DNA from: an uncultured Acidobacteriota bacterium
GTDB lineage: Bacteria > Acidobacteriota > Thermoanaerobaculia > Multivoradales > UBA5704
Length of the DNA: 64,000 bases
Direction: 5' to 3'
Assembly (NCBI GenBank): GCA_963770895.1
Contig: CAVYRF010000001.1
Span: forward strand, 1,632,001-1,696,000
Part shown: positions 46,810 through 57,441 of the stretch, piece after piece
Layout: every line of letters starts with the position of its first letter
Numbering within the stretch: position 1 is the stretch's first letter
Position numbers and translations under genes: made by a program
The notes under the pieces: model-generated
The model's database searches: none
Told to the model about the DNA's origin: nothing
The model's input: the letters and a program-made list of their open reading frames with translations, nothing else

Positions 46810-49800
46810 TCATTCAATTGTTCGCAGCCAGATGTCGCCTTCTTCGCTGGTCTGGATGACGTACAGCTGGCGACCGTCCGGACTGATGATCGGAGTCCTG
46901 AAGGTGCTGCCCTGCGGAGCCTTGCGCACTTCGTGGCTGACCCCCGTCGCGGTGTCGAGGATCTCCACGTTGGAGCCGTTCGCCATGTCGGCGTTGGTCA
47001 GGTAGATCAGCCGGCGGCTGTCGACCAGCCAGCGCGGAAACAGGCCGCTTTGCGCAGTCGGTCGATAGGTCTTGCGCTGCAGATCGTAAACCACCAGGCA
47101 ATGCAGCCGGTCGCGCCCGGCCAGGCGCAAGCCGTCCCGCGACCACGAGGTGACGCCGAAGAACCCGGCGCCCGGCACTGGCGGCAGGAACTGCGGCTGC
47201 CGCGCCGCGAGCGGCACCGTCAGATCGACCAGCGCGGCGTTGCCGGCGTCCAGGTTGCAGGCCAGGCGCTTGCCGTCGGGCGCCAGCTGCGGGTCGCTGA
47301 CCACGTGCTGCGAAAAAGCCGTCAGCTGGCGCGGTTCGCTGCCGTCGGCGTCGATGCTCCAAGCTTGATAATTACCGCTGCGATTCGAATAGAACACCAG
47401 CTGAGATCCGTCGGCCGACCATTCGGGGCTGCGGTTTTTGAAGTGATCGTTGGTCAGCTGGCGCAGGCCGCTGCCGTCTGGATGGATGACGAACAGGTCT
47501 TCCTGCGGCGCCGCGGTCGCGTAGGCGATCCACTGCCCGTCCGGCGACGCGCTACAGTGGGCCACCTCGCGCCGCACGTGGGTCGTCCACTCGGGATTCG
47601 CGGCCAGCGCCTCGCCGGTCTGCGGGTCGAGGCGGATCGCTTCCAGGTTCTGCTGGCTGTCGTCCGAGGCATAGACCATACGGTGGTTGTCGCTCGCAAA
47701 GCTCATCAGCCCGGTACCGGTGGGCGTGGTGAGCGGCTCGGCGGCGCCCAGCACTTCGCCTGAGTCCTGGTCGATGCGCACCCGCCAGAGATTGAGCAGG
47801 CCGCTGCGGTTGCTGGAAAAATAAAGGTATTTTCCGTCCGGGGCCCAGGCCGGGCTCCAATTGACATAGCCGTCGTCGGCCGTCACCTGCCTGGGCTGGC
47901 CGCCGTCGGCGGCGATGGTCCAGATGATGCGATGGCCGGTCGCCGGGATGCTGCTCCAGAAGGCGATCCGCTTGCCGTCCGGCGACCAGGCCGGCTGCAC
48001 GCCGTCGCCGTCGAAGATCAGGCGCTTCTGCCCGGTGTTGACGTTGATGCGCCACAGCTTGCTGACCGAAACCCGCCGCAGCGGATTTTCGATCCCTTCG
48101 CTGGCGTAGGCGATCTCGCTGCCGTCGGGAGACCAGGTGGGATTGAAGCCGCTATCGTTCAGGCGCCTCACCGATTCGCCGGTCGACCCCATCAGGTAGA
48201 TGCCGCCGCCGTTGCGCTCGGAACGGAATGCGATCTGCTGGCCGTCCGGCGAGTAGGCCGGCTGGGTGTCGTCGGCGGGAGACCCCTGCGACAGGTTGAC
48301 CGGCTTGTCACCGCCGACGCGTTGGGAGAAGAGCGCAGATCGGCCGTTGACCTTTTTGGCGTATACAAAATAGTGGCCGTCCGGCGCCAGGCTCGGAAAC
48401 GTTTCCTTGCCCTCGAACTCGGTCAACCGCGCGTCGTGCACCCGGCGCGGATCGATCGGCACCGATTCGCGGCTCTGGCGCACGTACCAGGCGCCGCCCA
48501 GGCAGGCGAGCGCCAGGGCGCCGGCCGCAAGGCCGCGGCGCAGCACCTTGCCGCGCCGCGGCGCCGCGGGTTGCTGCTGCGCCAGGGCGGCCAGCGTCAT
48601 GCTGGAGCCGGTCAGCGTGCCGGTTACCGGGCCGTACAGCGCGCGCAGGTCGGTGAGCGCCGCGGCGGCGCTCGGATAGCGCTGCTCGGGGTTTTTCGCC
48701 AGCATCTGGCCGACGACGCGCGCCAGCTCGGGCGGCGCGTCGGGACGCTGTTTCAACAAGGGCTCAGGCTCTTCGTTGAACAGCGCATACAGGATGGTCT
48801 GCTCGTGTTCGCCGCGGAATGGGCGGCGGCCGGTCACCATCTCGTAGAGCACCGCCCCCAGCGACCAGACGTCGGTGCGCGGGTCGACCTCTTCGCCGCG
48901 CGCCTGCTCGGGAGACATGTAGCCGGGCGTGCCGAGGGACGAACCGGTGCGGGTGAGCCCGGCGGCGCCGGCCAGCTTGGCGATGCCGAAGTCCAGGATC
49001 TTGACGATCTCGTCGCTGGTGATCATCAGGTTGGCCGGCTTGATGTCGCGGTGCACGATGCCGTTGCGGTGCGCCTTGACCAGCCCGCGCGCCACCTGCT
49101 GCGCCAGCTCCACGGCGTCGTCGATCGCCAGACGCCCGCGTACCAGGCGCTGCTTGAGGGTTTCGCCCTCGTAGCAGGCCATGGCGAGGAACAGCTGCCC
49201 CTCTTCGGTTTCGCCGACTTCGTGGATGGTGCAGATGTTGGGGTGATCGAGCGCCGAGGCCGCCCGCGCTTCCTGCAGGAAGCGGGTCTTGGAGTCCTCG
49301 TCGCGGGTCATCTCGGGAGGCAGGAACTTGAGCGCCACGACCCGCCCCAGCAGCAGGTCCTGCGCCTTGTAGACGACGCCCATGCCGCCGCCGCCGATGT
49401 GGCCCAGGATGCGGTAGTGGGAGACGATGCGGCCGACCAGCCTGCCCGCGGCGACGGGAAAGGCGCCGGTGCCGGTGCCGGGCGTGGCGCCGCCGGCGCT
49501 GCTGGCGCCGCCGGTGCCGGAGGGCATGCCGGCAGGTATGCCGCCGGAGCGCTCGGCGGTGCCGGGCGGCATGCCCTCCGGCACCGGTGACGGCGGCGGC
49601 AACGAGGGCGCCCCCGGCGTCAGGCTGCCGGAGCGGGCCGGTGTCGACGGCCAGTCGCCGGAGGGCGGCGCCTCGACCAGGGTCTGGTCGAAGGATTCAG
49701 ACAGCGCCGGCTGCGCCACGCGCTCGGCGACGCTCAGCAGGTCGGCGTGCAGCTCGATGGCGCGCTGGTAGCGCTCGCCGGGGCGCTTGGCGAGCGCGCG

Positions 49801-50751
49801 CAGGACGATGCGCTCGAGCGCCTGCGGCACCCCCTGGCGCAGCGACGGGATCGGCCGCGGCGGGCGCTTGACGATGGCGTTGACCATGTCGCGCTCGTCG
49901 TTGCTGCTCCAGGGGAGCCTGCCGGTGACCATCTCGTAGAGCACCACCCCCAGCGCCCACAGGTCGACCCGGTGGTCGGCCTCTTCGGACAGGAAGAGCT
50001 CGGGGGCGACGTAGGCGGTGGTGCCCATGACTTCGCCGGTGCGGGTCAGGCGGGTCTGGTCGGCCAGGCGAGCGATGCCGAAATCGACGATGCGGACGCG
50101 CCCGTCGTCGGCGACCATGACGTTGCCCGGCTTGATGTCGCGATGCACCACGCCCTTGTCGTGGGCGGCGGCGAGGCCGGCGGCGATCTGGGCGCCGATC
50201 GCGAGCGCCTGCGCCACCGGCAGCGGGCCGTGCTCGATCTTGCGCTTGAGCGACTCGCCGTCGCAAAACGCCATGGCGATGAAGAGCCGCCCGTCTTCGG
50301 TCTGGTCGGTTTCGAAGACGGTACAGATGTTGGGATGCTCGAGGCGCGACGCGGTGCGCGCTTCGCGGGTGAAGCGGCGCTTGAAGTCCTCGCTGTTGCT
50401 GCGGTGGGGCGACAGGAACTTGAGCGCCGCGTAGCGCTCCAGGCGCGGGTCCCACGCCTTGAACACCACCCCCATGCCGCCGCCGCCCAGGCGTTCCAGG
50501 ATGCGGTAGTGCGCCACGGTGGTGCCGGCAAGCGGCATCGCCGCCGGGGAGGGCGGAGGCGGGGAGGCTGGCGGTGGCGCTGCCCCCTGTCCAGCAGGCG
50601 GTTGGCCGGCGGCGCCGGCGGGTGAGCCCGGCGCGGATGCGCCCGCGCCCCGCCCGCCACCGGGCTGCACGATACCGCTGTCGGAGATCGCGGAGGCCGC
50701 CTGGTCCCGGCCGTCCGGTCCTTGCTGCATGCCTTTGGGATGCTCGCCCAT
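46810..50751 (-). CDS. Tandem dual Ser/Thr kinase with TM and TolB-like (PD40) beta-propeller
   Basis: Two full kinase domains (GGGGMG/ALK/HRDIKPxN/DFG/xPE each), TM, repeated PxWSPDG motifs. Confidence 0.93.
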   Translation of the reverse strand: MGEHPKGMQQGPDGRDQAASAISDSGIVQPGGGRGAGASAPGSPAGAAGQPPAGQGAAPPPASPPPPSPAAMPLAGTTVAHYRILERLGGGGMGVVFKAWDPRLERYAALKFLSPHRSNSEDFKRRFTREARTASRLEHPNICTVFETDQTEDGRLFIAMAFCDGESLKRKIEHGPLPVAQALAIGAQIAAGLAAAHDKGVVHRDIKPGNVMVADDGRVRIVDFGIARLADQTRLTRTGEVMGTTAYVAPELFLSEEADHRVDLWALGVVLYEMVTGRLPWSSNDERDMVNAIVKRPPRPIPSLRQGVPQALERIVLRALAKRPGERYQRAIELHADLLSVAERVAQPALSESFDQTLVEAPPSGDWPSTPARSGSLTPGAPSLPPPSPVPEGMPPGTAERSGGIPAGMPSGTGGASSAGGATPGTGTGAFPVAAGRLVGRIVSHYRILGHIGGGGMGVVYKAQDLLLGRVVALKFLPPEMTRDEDSKTRFLQEARAASALDHPNICTIHEVGETEEGQLFLAMACYEGETLKQRLVRGRLAIDDAVELAQQVARGLVKAHRNGIVHRDIKPANLMITSDEIVKILDFGIAKLAGAAGLTRTGSSLGTPGYMSPEQARGEEVDPRTDVWSLGAVLYEMVTGRRPFRGEHEQTILYALFNEEPEPLLKQRPDAPPELARVVGQMLAKNPEQRYPSAAAALTDLRALYGPVTGTLTGSSMTLAALAQQQPAAPRRGKVLRRGLAAGALALACLGGAWYVRQSRESVPIDPRRVHDARLTEFEGKETFPSLAPDGHYFVYAKKVNGRSALFSQRVGGDKPVNLSQGSPADDTQPAYSPDGQQIAFRSERNGGGIYLMGSTGESVRRLNDSGFNPTWSPDGSEIAYASEGIENPLRRVSVSKLWRINVNTGQKRLIFDGDGVQPAWSPDGKRIAFWSSIPATGHRIIWTIAADGGQPRQVTADDGYVNWSPAWAPDGKYLYFSSNRSGLLNLWRVRIDQDSGEVLGAAEPLTTPTGTGLMSFASDNHRMVYASDDSQQNLEAIRLDPQTGEALAANPEWTTHVRREVAHCSASPDGQWIAYATAAPQEDLFVIHPDGSGLRQLTNDHFKNRSPEWSADGSQLVFYSNRSGNYQAWSIDADGSEPRQLTAFSQHVVSDPQLAPDGKRLACNLDAGNAALVDLTVPLAARQPQFLPPVPGAGFFGVTSWSRDGLRLAGRDRLHCLVVYDLQRKTYRPTAQSGLFPRWLVDSRRLIYLTNADMANGSNVEILDTATGVSHEVRKAPQGSTFRTPIISPDGRQLYVIQTSEEGDIWLRTIE

Positions 50752-51035
50752 GCGGTTCAGCGACGGATCGATATGGAGGTTCTGCCGACCGCAGGCTTGG
50801 TCACGGGAGGGCGCCGACGAGCGGCCGCAACCAACGACACCTTGCGTGCCCTGCTAGCCCGCCAGGGCGGGGTCGCAGCCGGCGGGTAGAGAAGTCTCCG
50901 TGCGGGCCACCAGTGGCGCAGTTTAACAGAACCGACAGCGCCCCGAACACCCTTGTCCGTCGCATGATAGGCTCCTGTGCCGCTCGGGCGCGGCGCCGCC
51001 GTCACGGCACCGCCATTCCGGCGCCGGGGGAACCT

Positions 51036-51557
51036 ATGAGCGAGCCGAGCTCCTTTGCCGCCACCGGCCTGCGATGCCGGTTGTTTTACGATTCTGCGCA
51101 CGCCGCAGTCGGTGGCGCCGCCGCCGGCGGCGAGTGCGTCGCGATCGACCTGGCCGGTGACGCGGGCGCGGCCGAGCCGTTGCGGCGCCTGGGTCTGCGG
51201 GTGCCGGACGACCTGCCGGTGGCGCTGCTCGCGGCGGCGGACGGGCGCCTGAAGGTGGTCGGTGCACGGCTGACTGCTGGAGAGGTCGAGCGCCTGGCCG
51301 CCGGCCACGCCTGGATGCCGGCCGAAACCGTCGTCTATGCCGCCAGCTGGTGCGGCGACTGCCGGCGGACCAAGCGGCAGCTGCAGGAAGCGGGAGTGCG
51401 CTACGCCGAGGTGGACATCGAGCACGATGCGGCGGCCGAAGCGCTGGTGCTGGCGCGCAGCGGCGGCCGCCGGGTGGTCCCCACCTTGCAGCTGGACGGT
51501 CGCCTGTGGGCCTTCAACCCCGAACCGCCGTTGCTGCGCCGCCTGCTCGCGCCCTGA
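51036..51557 (+). CDS. Glutaredoxin/mycoredoxin-like protein with N-terminal extension
   Basis: YAASWCGDC, VDIE, VVPT, FNP. Confidence 0.85.
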   Translation: MSEPSSFAATGLRCRLFYDSAHAAVGGAAAGGECVAIDLAGDAGAAEPLRRLGLRVPDDLPVALLAAADGRLKVVGARLTAGEVERLAAGHAWMPAETVVYAASWCGDCRRTKRQLQEAGVRYAEVDIEHDAAAEALVLARSGGRRVVPTLQLDGRLWAFNPEPPLLRRLLAP

Positions 51558-51681
51558 ATGCAGCCAGCGAGCGCGCCGACCGCGTCTGGCCGCGTCCGGC
51601 GGCGGGAGGGGCGCCCGCGGGGTGCGGCGCGGCGGCGATCCGGGTGCGTGTGGCGTGCCGGAATGTCTTGAGGAGGGAGTC

Positions 51682-52476
51682 ATGAGGATTGCGGTCTGTC
51701 TCAAGCAGGTCCCCAACACCGAGGCGCGGCTGCGCATCAGCCGCGACGGCAAGGGGCTGGACGAAGAGGACCTGCCGTTCATCGTCAACGAGAGCGACGA
51801 ATACGCCCTCGAAGAGGGGCTGCGCCTGGCCGAACAGAGCGGCGGCGAGGTGGTGGCGATCAGCCTCGGCCCGGAGCGGGTGCGCGAGGCGCTGCGCAAG
51901 GCGCTGGCGGTGGGCGCGGCGCGCGCCGTGCACCTGGTGGACCCGGCCTTTGCCGGCGGCGATGCGCTGGCCACCGGCCGCGCCCTGGCGGCGGCCGTGG
52001 GGCGCGAGCCGTTCGACCTGGTGCTCACCGGGTCGCAGTCGGACGACGCCGGCTACGGCGCCACCGGCTCGGTGCTCGCCGGGCACCTGGGCTGGCCGCA
52101 CGTCTGGCTGGTGATGGGGGTCGAGATCGAAGCGGGCGGCAAGAGCGCCAAGGTGACGCGCGAGATGGAAAGCGGCGTCAACGAGATCTCGCGCGTCGCG
52201 CTGCCGGCCGTGCTGCAGATCCAGGCCGGCATCAACCATCCGCGCTACGCCTCGCTCAAGGGCATCATGCAGGCCAAGAAGAAGGAGATCGCCGCCTTGG
52301 GCGCGGCCGACCTGGGGCTCGACCCGGCGACCGTGGGCGCCGCGGGCTCGCGGCTCGAAGTTCTCTCGGTGGCGGCGCCGGCGGCGGGCAAGGAGGTGCA
52401 GATCCTGGGCGGCGATGCCAAGGCCGCCGCCGCCGCGCTGGTCGAAAAGCTGCAAAAGGAAGCGAGGGTGCTCTGA
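51682..52476 (+). CDS. etfB: Electron transfer flavoprotein beta subunit
   Basis: MRIAVCLKQVP, DEYALEE, GSQSDD, INHPRYASLKGIM. Confidence 0.96.
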   Translation: MRIAVCLKQVPNTEARLRISRDGKGLDEEDLPFIVNESDEYALEEGLRLAEQSGGEVVAISLGPERVREALRKALAVGAARAVHLVDPAFAGGDALATGRALAAAVGREPFDLVLTGSQSDDAGYGATGSVLAGHLGWPHVWLVMGVEIEAGGKSAKVTREMESGVNEISRVALPAVLQIQAGINHPRYASLKGIMQAKKKEIAALGAADLGLDPATVGAAGSRLEVLSVAAPAAGKEVQILGGDAKAAAAALVEKLQKEARVL

Positions 52477-53489
52477 TGGCGAAGCGGATCTGGGTGGTGC
52501 CGCAGCTGCGCGAAGGGCAGCTGTCGCGCGGTTCGTGGGAGGCCGTGGCGGCGGCACAGCGTTTAGCCAAGGCGTGTGCGTCGCCGGCGCCGACGGCGCT
52601 GCTGCTCGGCCACGACCTGGGCGGGGCGGCGGCGGAGGCGGCGCGGCGCGATCTGTCGGCGGTGCGCGTCGCCGATCATCCGGCGCTCGCGGCCTACACG
52701 CCGGGCGCCTGGATCGGCGTGCTCAAGGCGGCGCTCGACTCCGGCGCGACCGAGGAGCGCCCCGACTTCGTGGTTTTTCCCCATACCTACCAGACGGTGG
52801 ACTTCGCGCCGCGCCTGGCCCAGGCGGCGGGGGCCGGCCTGGTGCCCGAGGCGACCGGCTTCACCATGACGGAGGACGAGGGCCTGGTCTGGACGCGGCC
52901 CGTTCTGGCCGGCAAGCTCCAGGCGCGGGTGCGCGTGCGCGGTCTTGGCACGGCGCTGGTGTCGGTCCAGTCGGGGTCCTTTCCCGCCGACTCGGTCGAG
53001 ATGGCGGCGGCGGGGGCCTCGGTGCCGGTGCAGCCGCTGGCCGTCGACGCGGCGGCGATCCGGCCGGACCGCGAGGTCCTGGGCTACGAGCAGGTGGCCG
53101 CGCAGCAGGTCGATCTCACCAAGGCGGACATCGTCCTGGCGGTCGGCCGCGGCATCGGCGGCGCCGACAAGATGGGGCCGGCCGAAGAGCTGGCGCGCGA
53201 GCTGGGCGCCGAGATCGGCGCCAGCCGGCCGGTCATCGACAGCGGCTGGCTGCCGCGCGAGCGCCAGATCGGGTCGAGCGGCCAGACCGTCGCGCCGCGG
53301 CTCTATATCGCGGTGGGCATCTCGGGCGCCATCCAGCACCTGGTCGGCATGAAAGGCTCGTCGGTCGTGGTGGCGATCAACAAGGACCCCAGCGCGCCCA
53401 TTTTCAGCATCGCCGACTACGGCGTGGTCGGCGACCTGCACGAGGTGCTGCCGGCCCTGACCGCCGCGGTGCGCGCCGCCAGGGCTTGA
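52476..53489 (+). CDS. etfA: Electron transfer flavoprotein alpha subunit
   Basis: [34 protein letters not shown]. Confidence 0.96.
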   Translation: MAKRIWVVPQLREGQLSRGSWEAVAAAQRLAKACASPAPTALLLGHDLGGAAAEAARRDLSAVRVADHPALAAYTPGAWIGVLKAALDSGATEERPDFVVFPHTYQTVDFAPRLAQAAGAGLVPEATGFTMTEDEGLVWTRPVLAGKLQARVRVRGLGTALVSVQSGSFPADSVEMAAAGASVPVQPLAVDAAAIRPDREVLGYEQVAAQQVDLTKADIVLAVGRGIGGADKMGPAEELARELGAEIGASRPVIDSGWLPRERQIGSSGQTVAPRLYIAVGISGAIQHLVGMKGSSVVVAINKDPSAPIFSIADYGVVGDLHEVLPALTAAVRAARA

Positions 53490-53580
53490 CCGCCCGCCCC
53501 GGCGCCGCCCCGCTTCGCGGTCGGCCGGCCTCCATAGTATTGTCTCACCTACGCGCGGCGATGCTGCGTGGCCCCCGGCC

Positions 53581-54936
53581 GTGAACGAACCCTCCATGGA
53601 AGACCTCGTGCAGTTGCCAGAGGTCGTGGCTCTGCACCGGCACTTCGACGCCAAGAACCTCAGCCGTCTGCGCTGGCTGCTGGTGATGGTGGCGTCCATG
53701 GCGCTCATCGGCCTGGCGGTGGCCACCGCCACCCGCGTGTCGGCAGGGCGGGTGGCGTTCTACGTCGCCAACCTGGTCGCCGTCGCCGTGTTCATCGCGG
53801 TCTACCGCGAGCGCTTCTTCGAGCGCTACTTCCGCCAGATCCTGGTCGCCTACTTCTTCGTGCAGATGGCGCTGCCCGAAGTCTGGACCGTCCGCTCCGG
53901 CACCGACGGGGTGGTGCAGTTCGGGTCGCTCTTCCCGCTGGTGTTGATGGCGTTTCGCCTGCGCCTGCTGGAGCACCTGGTCCTCTACGGCGTCTTCTGG
54001 GTGTCCAGCGTGCTGCTGCGGATGGCGCCCTACTTCGCCGCCGGGCCGACCGGCGTCCGGGCGCCGAGCGATACCGAAAGCATCGGCCTGTCGGTCGTCA
54101 CCGGTCTCTGCCTGGTCGGCGCGGTCGTCTGGACCCAGGTCGACAAGCGGCGCTTCCTGGCCGGCTGGCGGCGGGAGTACGCGCGTTCGCGCGAGCGCCT
54201 GCGGATGCGCGAAGAGATCGAATACGCGCGCAAGATCCAGCTCAGCATGCTGCCGCAGGCGCCGCCCGACATCCCGTGGCTCGACCTGTCGGCGGCCTCG
54301 CTGCCGGCGACGGAGGTGGGCGGCGACTACTACGACACCTTCCGGCTCGGCCCGACGCAGCTGGTGCTGGTGATCGCCGACGTCTCCGGCCACGGTCTGG
54401 CCTCGGGCCTGCTGCTGTCGGGCGTGCGCAGCTGCCTCTACCTGCTGGAAGACGAGCTGGCATCGCCGGGAGTGCTGGCGCGGCTCGACGGCATGGTCCG
54501 CCGCACCACCGACCGGCGCACCTACGTGACGCTGCTGCTCGCCGTGATCGACCATCAGGCGGGCACCCTCACGGTCACCAGCGCCGGCCATCCGCCGCTG
54601 CTGCACTACCAGGCCGCCACCTCCACCGTCCAAAGCGTCGGCAGCGGCGCGCCCCCCCTGGGCACCTTCTCGGGGGCGCGCTACAGCCGCGACCAGGTGG
54701 CGATCGCCGCCGGCGACCTGCTGGTCGTCTACACCGACGGCGTCACCGAGATGCGCAACGACCAGGACACCGAATACGGCGAGGACCGCCTGCGGCGGGC
54801 GCTCATCCGCGCCGTCGCCGTGCCCCGCGCCACCGGCCGCCAGGTGCGCGACAGCATGCTCTCTGACCTCGCCAACTTCAAGGGCAGCGTCGAGCAGGCC
54901 GACGACATCACCCTGGTCGTAGCGCGCCTGCGCTGA
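53581..54936 (+). CDS. Membrane PP2C/SpoIIE (RsbU-like) phosphatase
   Basis: TM domain; ARKIQLSMLP, VGGDYYD, IADVSGHG, SAGHPP, YTDGVTE, DDIT. Confidence 0.93.
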   Translation: MNEPSMEDLVQLPEVVALHRHFDAKNLSRLRWLLVMVASMALIGLAVATATRVSAGRVAFYVANLVAVAVFIAVYRERFFERYFRQILVAYFFVQMALPEVWTVRSGTDGVVQFGSLFPLVLMAFRLRLLEHLVLYGVFWVSSVLLRMAPYFAAGPTGVRAPSDTESIGLSVVTGLCLVGAVVWTQVDKRRFLAGWRREYARSRERLRMREEIEYARKIQLSMLPQAPPDIPWLDLSAASLPATEVGGDYYDTFRLGPTQLVLVIADVSGHGLASGLLLSGVRSCLYLLEDELASPGVLARLDGMVRRTTDRRTYVTLLLAVIDHQAGTLTVTSAGHPPLLHYQAATSTVQSVGSGAPPLGTFSGARYSRDQVAIAAGDLLVVYTDGVTEMRNDQDTEYGEDRLRRALIRAVAVPRATGRQVRDSMLSDLANFKGSVEQADDITLVVARLR

Positions 54937-54937
54937 C

Positions 54938-56755
54938 ATGGCGCCGCCTCCCCTCGCGGACCCGCCGCGGCCGGCGGCCCAGACTGCCCCCGCGCCCCGC
55001 CGCGGCGGCGGCGGAGGGGCGGCGAGCGTCGGGGTGGGAATCCTGCTCAGCCGCCTGGCGGGGCTCGCCCGCGAGCAGACGGTGGCGTTTTTCTTCGGCG
55101 TCGGGCCGCACGCCGACGCCTTGACCGCCGCGCTGCGGGTGCCCAACGCGCTGCAAAACCTGCTCGGCGAGGGCGCCCTGTCGGCCGCCTTCATCCCGAT
55201 CTACAGCCGCCTGCTGGAAGAAGGCCGGCGCGAAGAAGCGGGGCGCTTCGCCGGCGCCATCTTCGGCCTGCTGCTGGCGGCGGCCGCGGGCCTGGCGCTC
55301 ACCGGCATCGCCCTGGCGCGGCCGCTGGTGGCGCTGCTCGCCCCCGGTTTTCTGGCGGACGCGGCGGCGGTGGCGGCCGGCCACGCGGCGGTCGACCGCT
55401 ACGCGCTGTCGGTGGCGGCGGTGCGGATTCTCTTCCCCATGACCGGCTGCCTGGTGCTCTCGGTGTGGGCGCTCGGCGTCCTCAACAGCCACCGCCGCTT
55501 CTTCCTGCCGTACTTCGCGCCCGTGCTCTGGAACTCCGCCATGATCGCGGCGCTCCTGATCGCCGGTCACGCCTGGCAGGCCGTGCCTGGGGCCGGTGGG
55601 GCAGCCGGCGGTGTCGGCGCCGGCGCCGGCAGTGCCGGCAGCGCCGGCGTCCACGCCGTGACGGCCGCCGTGCGCGACCACCTGCTGACGGCTTTCTGCT
55701 GGGGAGCGCTCGCCGGCGGCCTGCTGCAATTCCTGGTGCAGCTGCCGGGCGTAGCGCGGGTCATCCGCGGCTTCCGGCTGTCGTTTTCGCCGCGCGTGCC
55801 GGGCGTGCGCGACGCCCTGCGCGCCTGGGGTCCCGTCGTGGCGGGCCGCGGCGTGGTGCAGATCGCGGGCTACGTGGACCTCTTCCTGGCGACCCTCCTT
55901 GCCACCGGCGCCGCCGGCGCCGACCGCTACGCCCAGATGCTCTACATCCTGCCGATCAGCCTCTTCGGCATGTCCATCGCCGCCTCCGAGCTGCCCGAGC
56001 TGTCGCGCCTGCGCGCCGAGGCCGATTCCCCGGCGCTCCTCGCCCGCGTCCGCCGCGCCCTGGGCGCCGTCGCCTTCTTCAACGTGCCGACCGTGGTGGG
56101 CTATCTCCTGTTCGGCTACGTCGTCGTCGGCGCCGTCTATCGCCGCGGCAGCTTCGGCGGCGCCGACAACGGCCTGGTCTACCTGGCGCTCTGCGGCTAC
56201 AGCACCGGCATCCTGGCCACCACCGCCTCGCGCCTGCTGCAAAACACTTTCTACGCCCTGGGCGACACCCGTTCACCCGCCCGCATCGCCGTCCTGCGCG
56301 TGGTCACCGCCGCCCTGGTCGCCCTGCCCCTCATGTTCTGGCTGGACCGCTTCCCGCTGCCGTCGCTCTTCGGGCCGCAGCCGCCGTCGCAGCCCCTCTT
56401 CATGGGAGTGTTGGGCCTGTCCCTGGCCTCCGGCACCGGCGCCTGGATCGAGCTCACCCGCCTGCGCCAAGCCCTGCGCCGCCGCCTCCCGACCTTCGAC
56501 CTCCCCTGGGCCGACAACCTTCGCCTCATCCTGCTGGCCCTGGCCGCCGCCGCGCCCGCCGCCTGCCTGTGGCGATGGTTCGCCCGCCGCCCCGGCCACC
56601 TGACCCTGCCGCAAGCCGCCGCCGTCCTGCTCACCTACGGCCTCTGCTACCTCCTCGCCGCCCGCCTGGCCCACCGCCCCGAGCTGGCCGCCGCCACCAC
56701 CCGCCTGAGCAACCGCTTCCGCCGCCCCCCCCGCGGCCCCGCCGCCCCCCGCTGA
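54938..56755 (+). CDS. murJ: Lipid II flippase MurJ
   Basis: SRLAGLARE, RVPNALQNLLGEGALSAAFIP, multi-TM, FYALGDTRSP. Confidence 0.92.
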   Translation: MAPPPLADPPRPAAQTAPAPRRGGGGGAASVGVGILLSRLAGLAREQTVAFFFGVGPHADALTAALRVPNALQNLLGEGALSAAFIPIYSRLLEEGRREEAGRFAGAIFGLLLAAAAGLALTGIALARPLVALLAPGFLADAAAVAAGHAAVDRYALSVAAVRILFPMTGCLVLSVWALGVLNSHRRFFLPYFAPVLWNSAMIAALLIAGHAWQAVPGAGGAAGGVGAGAGSAGSAGVHAVTAAVRDHLLTAFCWGALAGGLLQFLVQLPGVARVIRGFRLSFSPRVPGVRDALRAWGPVVAGRGVVQIAGYVDLFLATLLATGAAGADRYAQMLYILPISLFGMSIAASELPELSRLRAEADSPALLARVRRALGAVAFFNVPTVVGYLLFGYVVVGAVYRRGSFGGADNGLVYLALCGYSTGILATTASRLLQNTFYALGDTRSPARIAVLRVVTAALVALPLMFWLDRFPLPSLFGPQPPSQPLFMGVLGLSLASGTGAWIELTRLRQALRRRLPTFDLPWADNLRLILLALAAAAPAACLWRWFARRPGHLTLPQAAAVLLTYGLCYLLAARLAHRPELAAATTRLSNRFRRPPRGPAAPR

Positions 56756-56803
56756 TCCACGGCCCCGCGCGCTGCAACGTTGTCGGCCTGGCCGATCGAC
56801 CCT

Positions 56804-56859
56804 GGGGCTGCGTGAGCCTGCGGCTCACGCAGCCTCTCGCGCACATCAAGGGCTGCGTG
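56804..56859. repeat. REP-like palindrome plus partial second copy
   Basis: GGCTGCGTGAGCC-tgc-GGCTCACGCAGCC hairpin; GGGCTGCGTG recurs at about 56850. Confidence 0.5.
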
Positions 56860-56974
56860 CGCCCTCGGCTTTCGCTCTGTCGATGCCTGTGGGGCGGTGC
56901 AGGGAGATGTGGTGATTGCAGCAAAATTTTGCACGCGGTCCCGCCGGAGCGGGACCGGTGTCCTCAGGCGGGGC

Positions 56975-57439
56975 TCAGCGGGCGAGGGCGATCTGGGGTT
57001 GCAGGTAGTTGGACATGAGGTCTTCGAGATCGCTGGCGGAGGCGCCGCCGGTGAGGCGCGAGACCATTTCGCCATGCTGGAAGACCAGGAGGGTGGGGAG
57101 GGCCTGGACGCCGTAGCGGCGGGCGGCGAAGGGGCTCCAGGTGAAGTTGACGCGCACGACGCGGGCGCGGTTGCCGAGCCTGGCTGCCAGCGCGGCGAGC
57201 GGGGTTTCCATCTCGCGGCAGGGGATGCACCACGAAGACCAGAACGCCACCAGCACCGGCACGTCGGCGTGCAGCACGGTGCGGCCGAAGCTCAGGTCGG
57301 AAGCGCTCAGCACCTTCGCCGCGACAGGGGCGGACAGCTTGGCCGTCGGGCTGGCCGCGTTGGCCGTGCCCACGGACGAGGTCGACAGGATCGCGCAGAG
57401 GCACACGGCCACGATCAAGCAGACGGCTGGGCGGCGCAT
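56975..57439 (-). CDS. Exported thioredoxin-like protein
   Basis: Signal peptide; PVLVAFWSSWCIPC, YGVQALPTL; RBS AAGGGAGG. Confidence 0.88.
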   Translation of the reverse strand: MRRPAVCLIVAVCLCAILSTSSVGTANAASPTAKLSAPVAAKVLSASDLSFGRTVLHADVPVLVAFWSSWCIPCREMETPLAALAARLGNRARVVRVNFTWSPFAARRYGVQALPTLLVFQHGEMVSRLTGGASASDLEDLMSNYLQPQIALAR

Positions 57440-57441
57440 GG

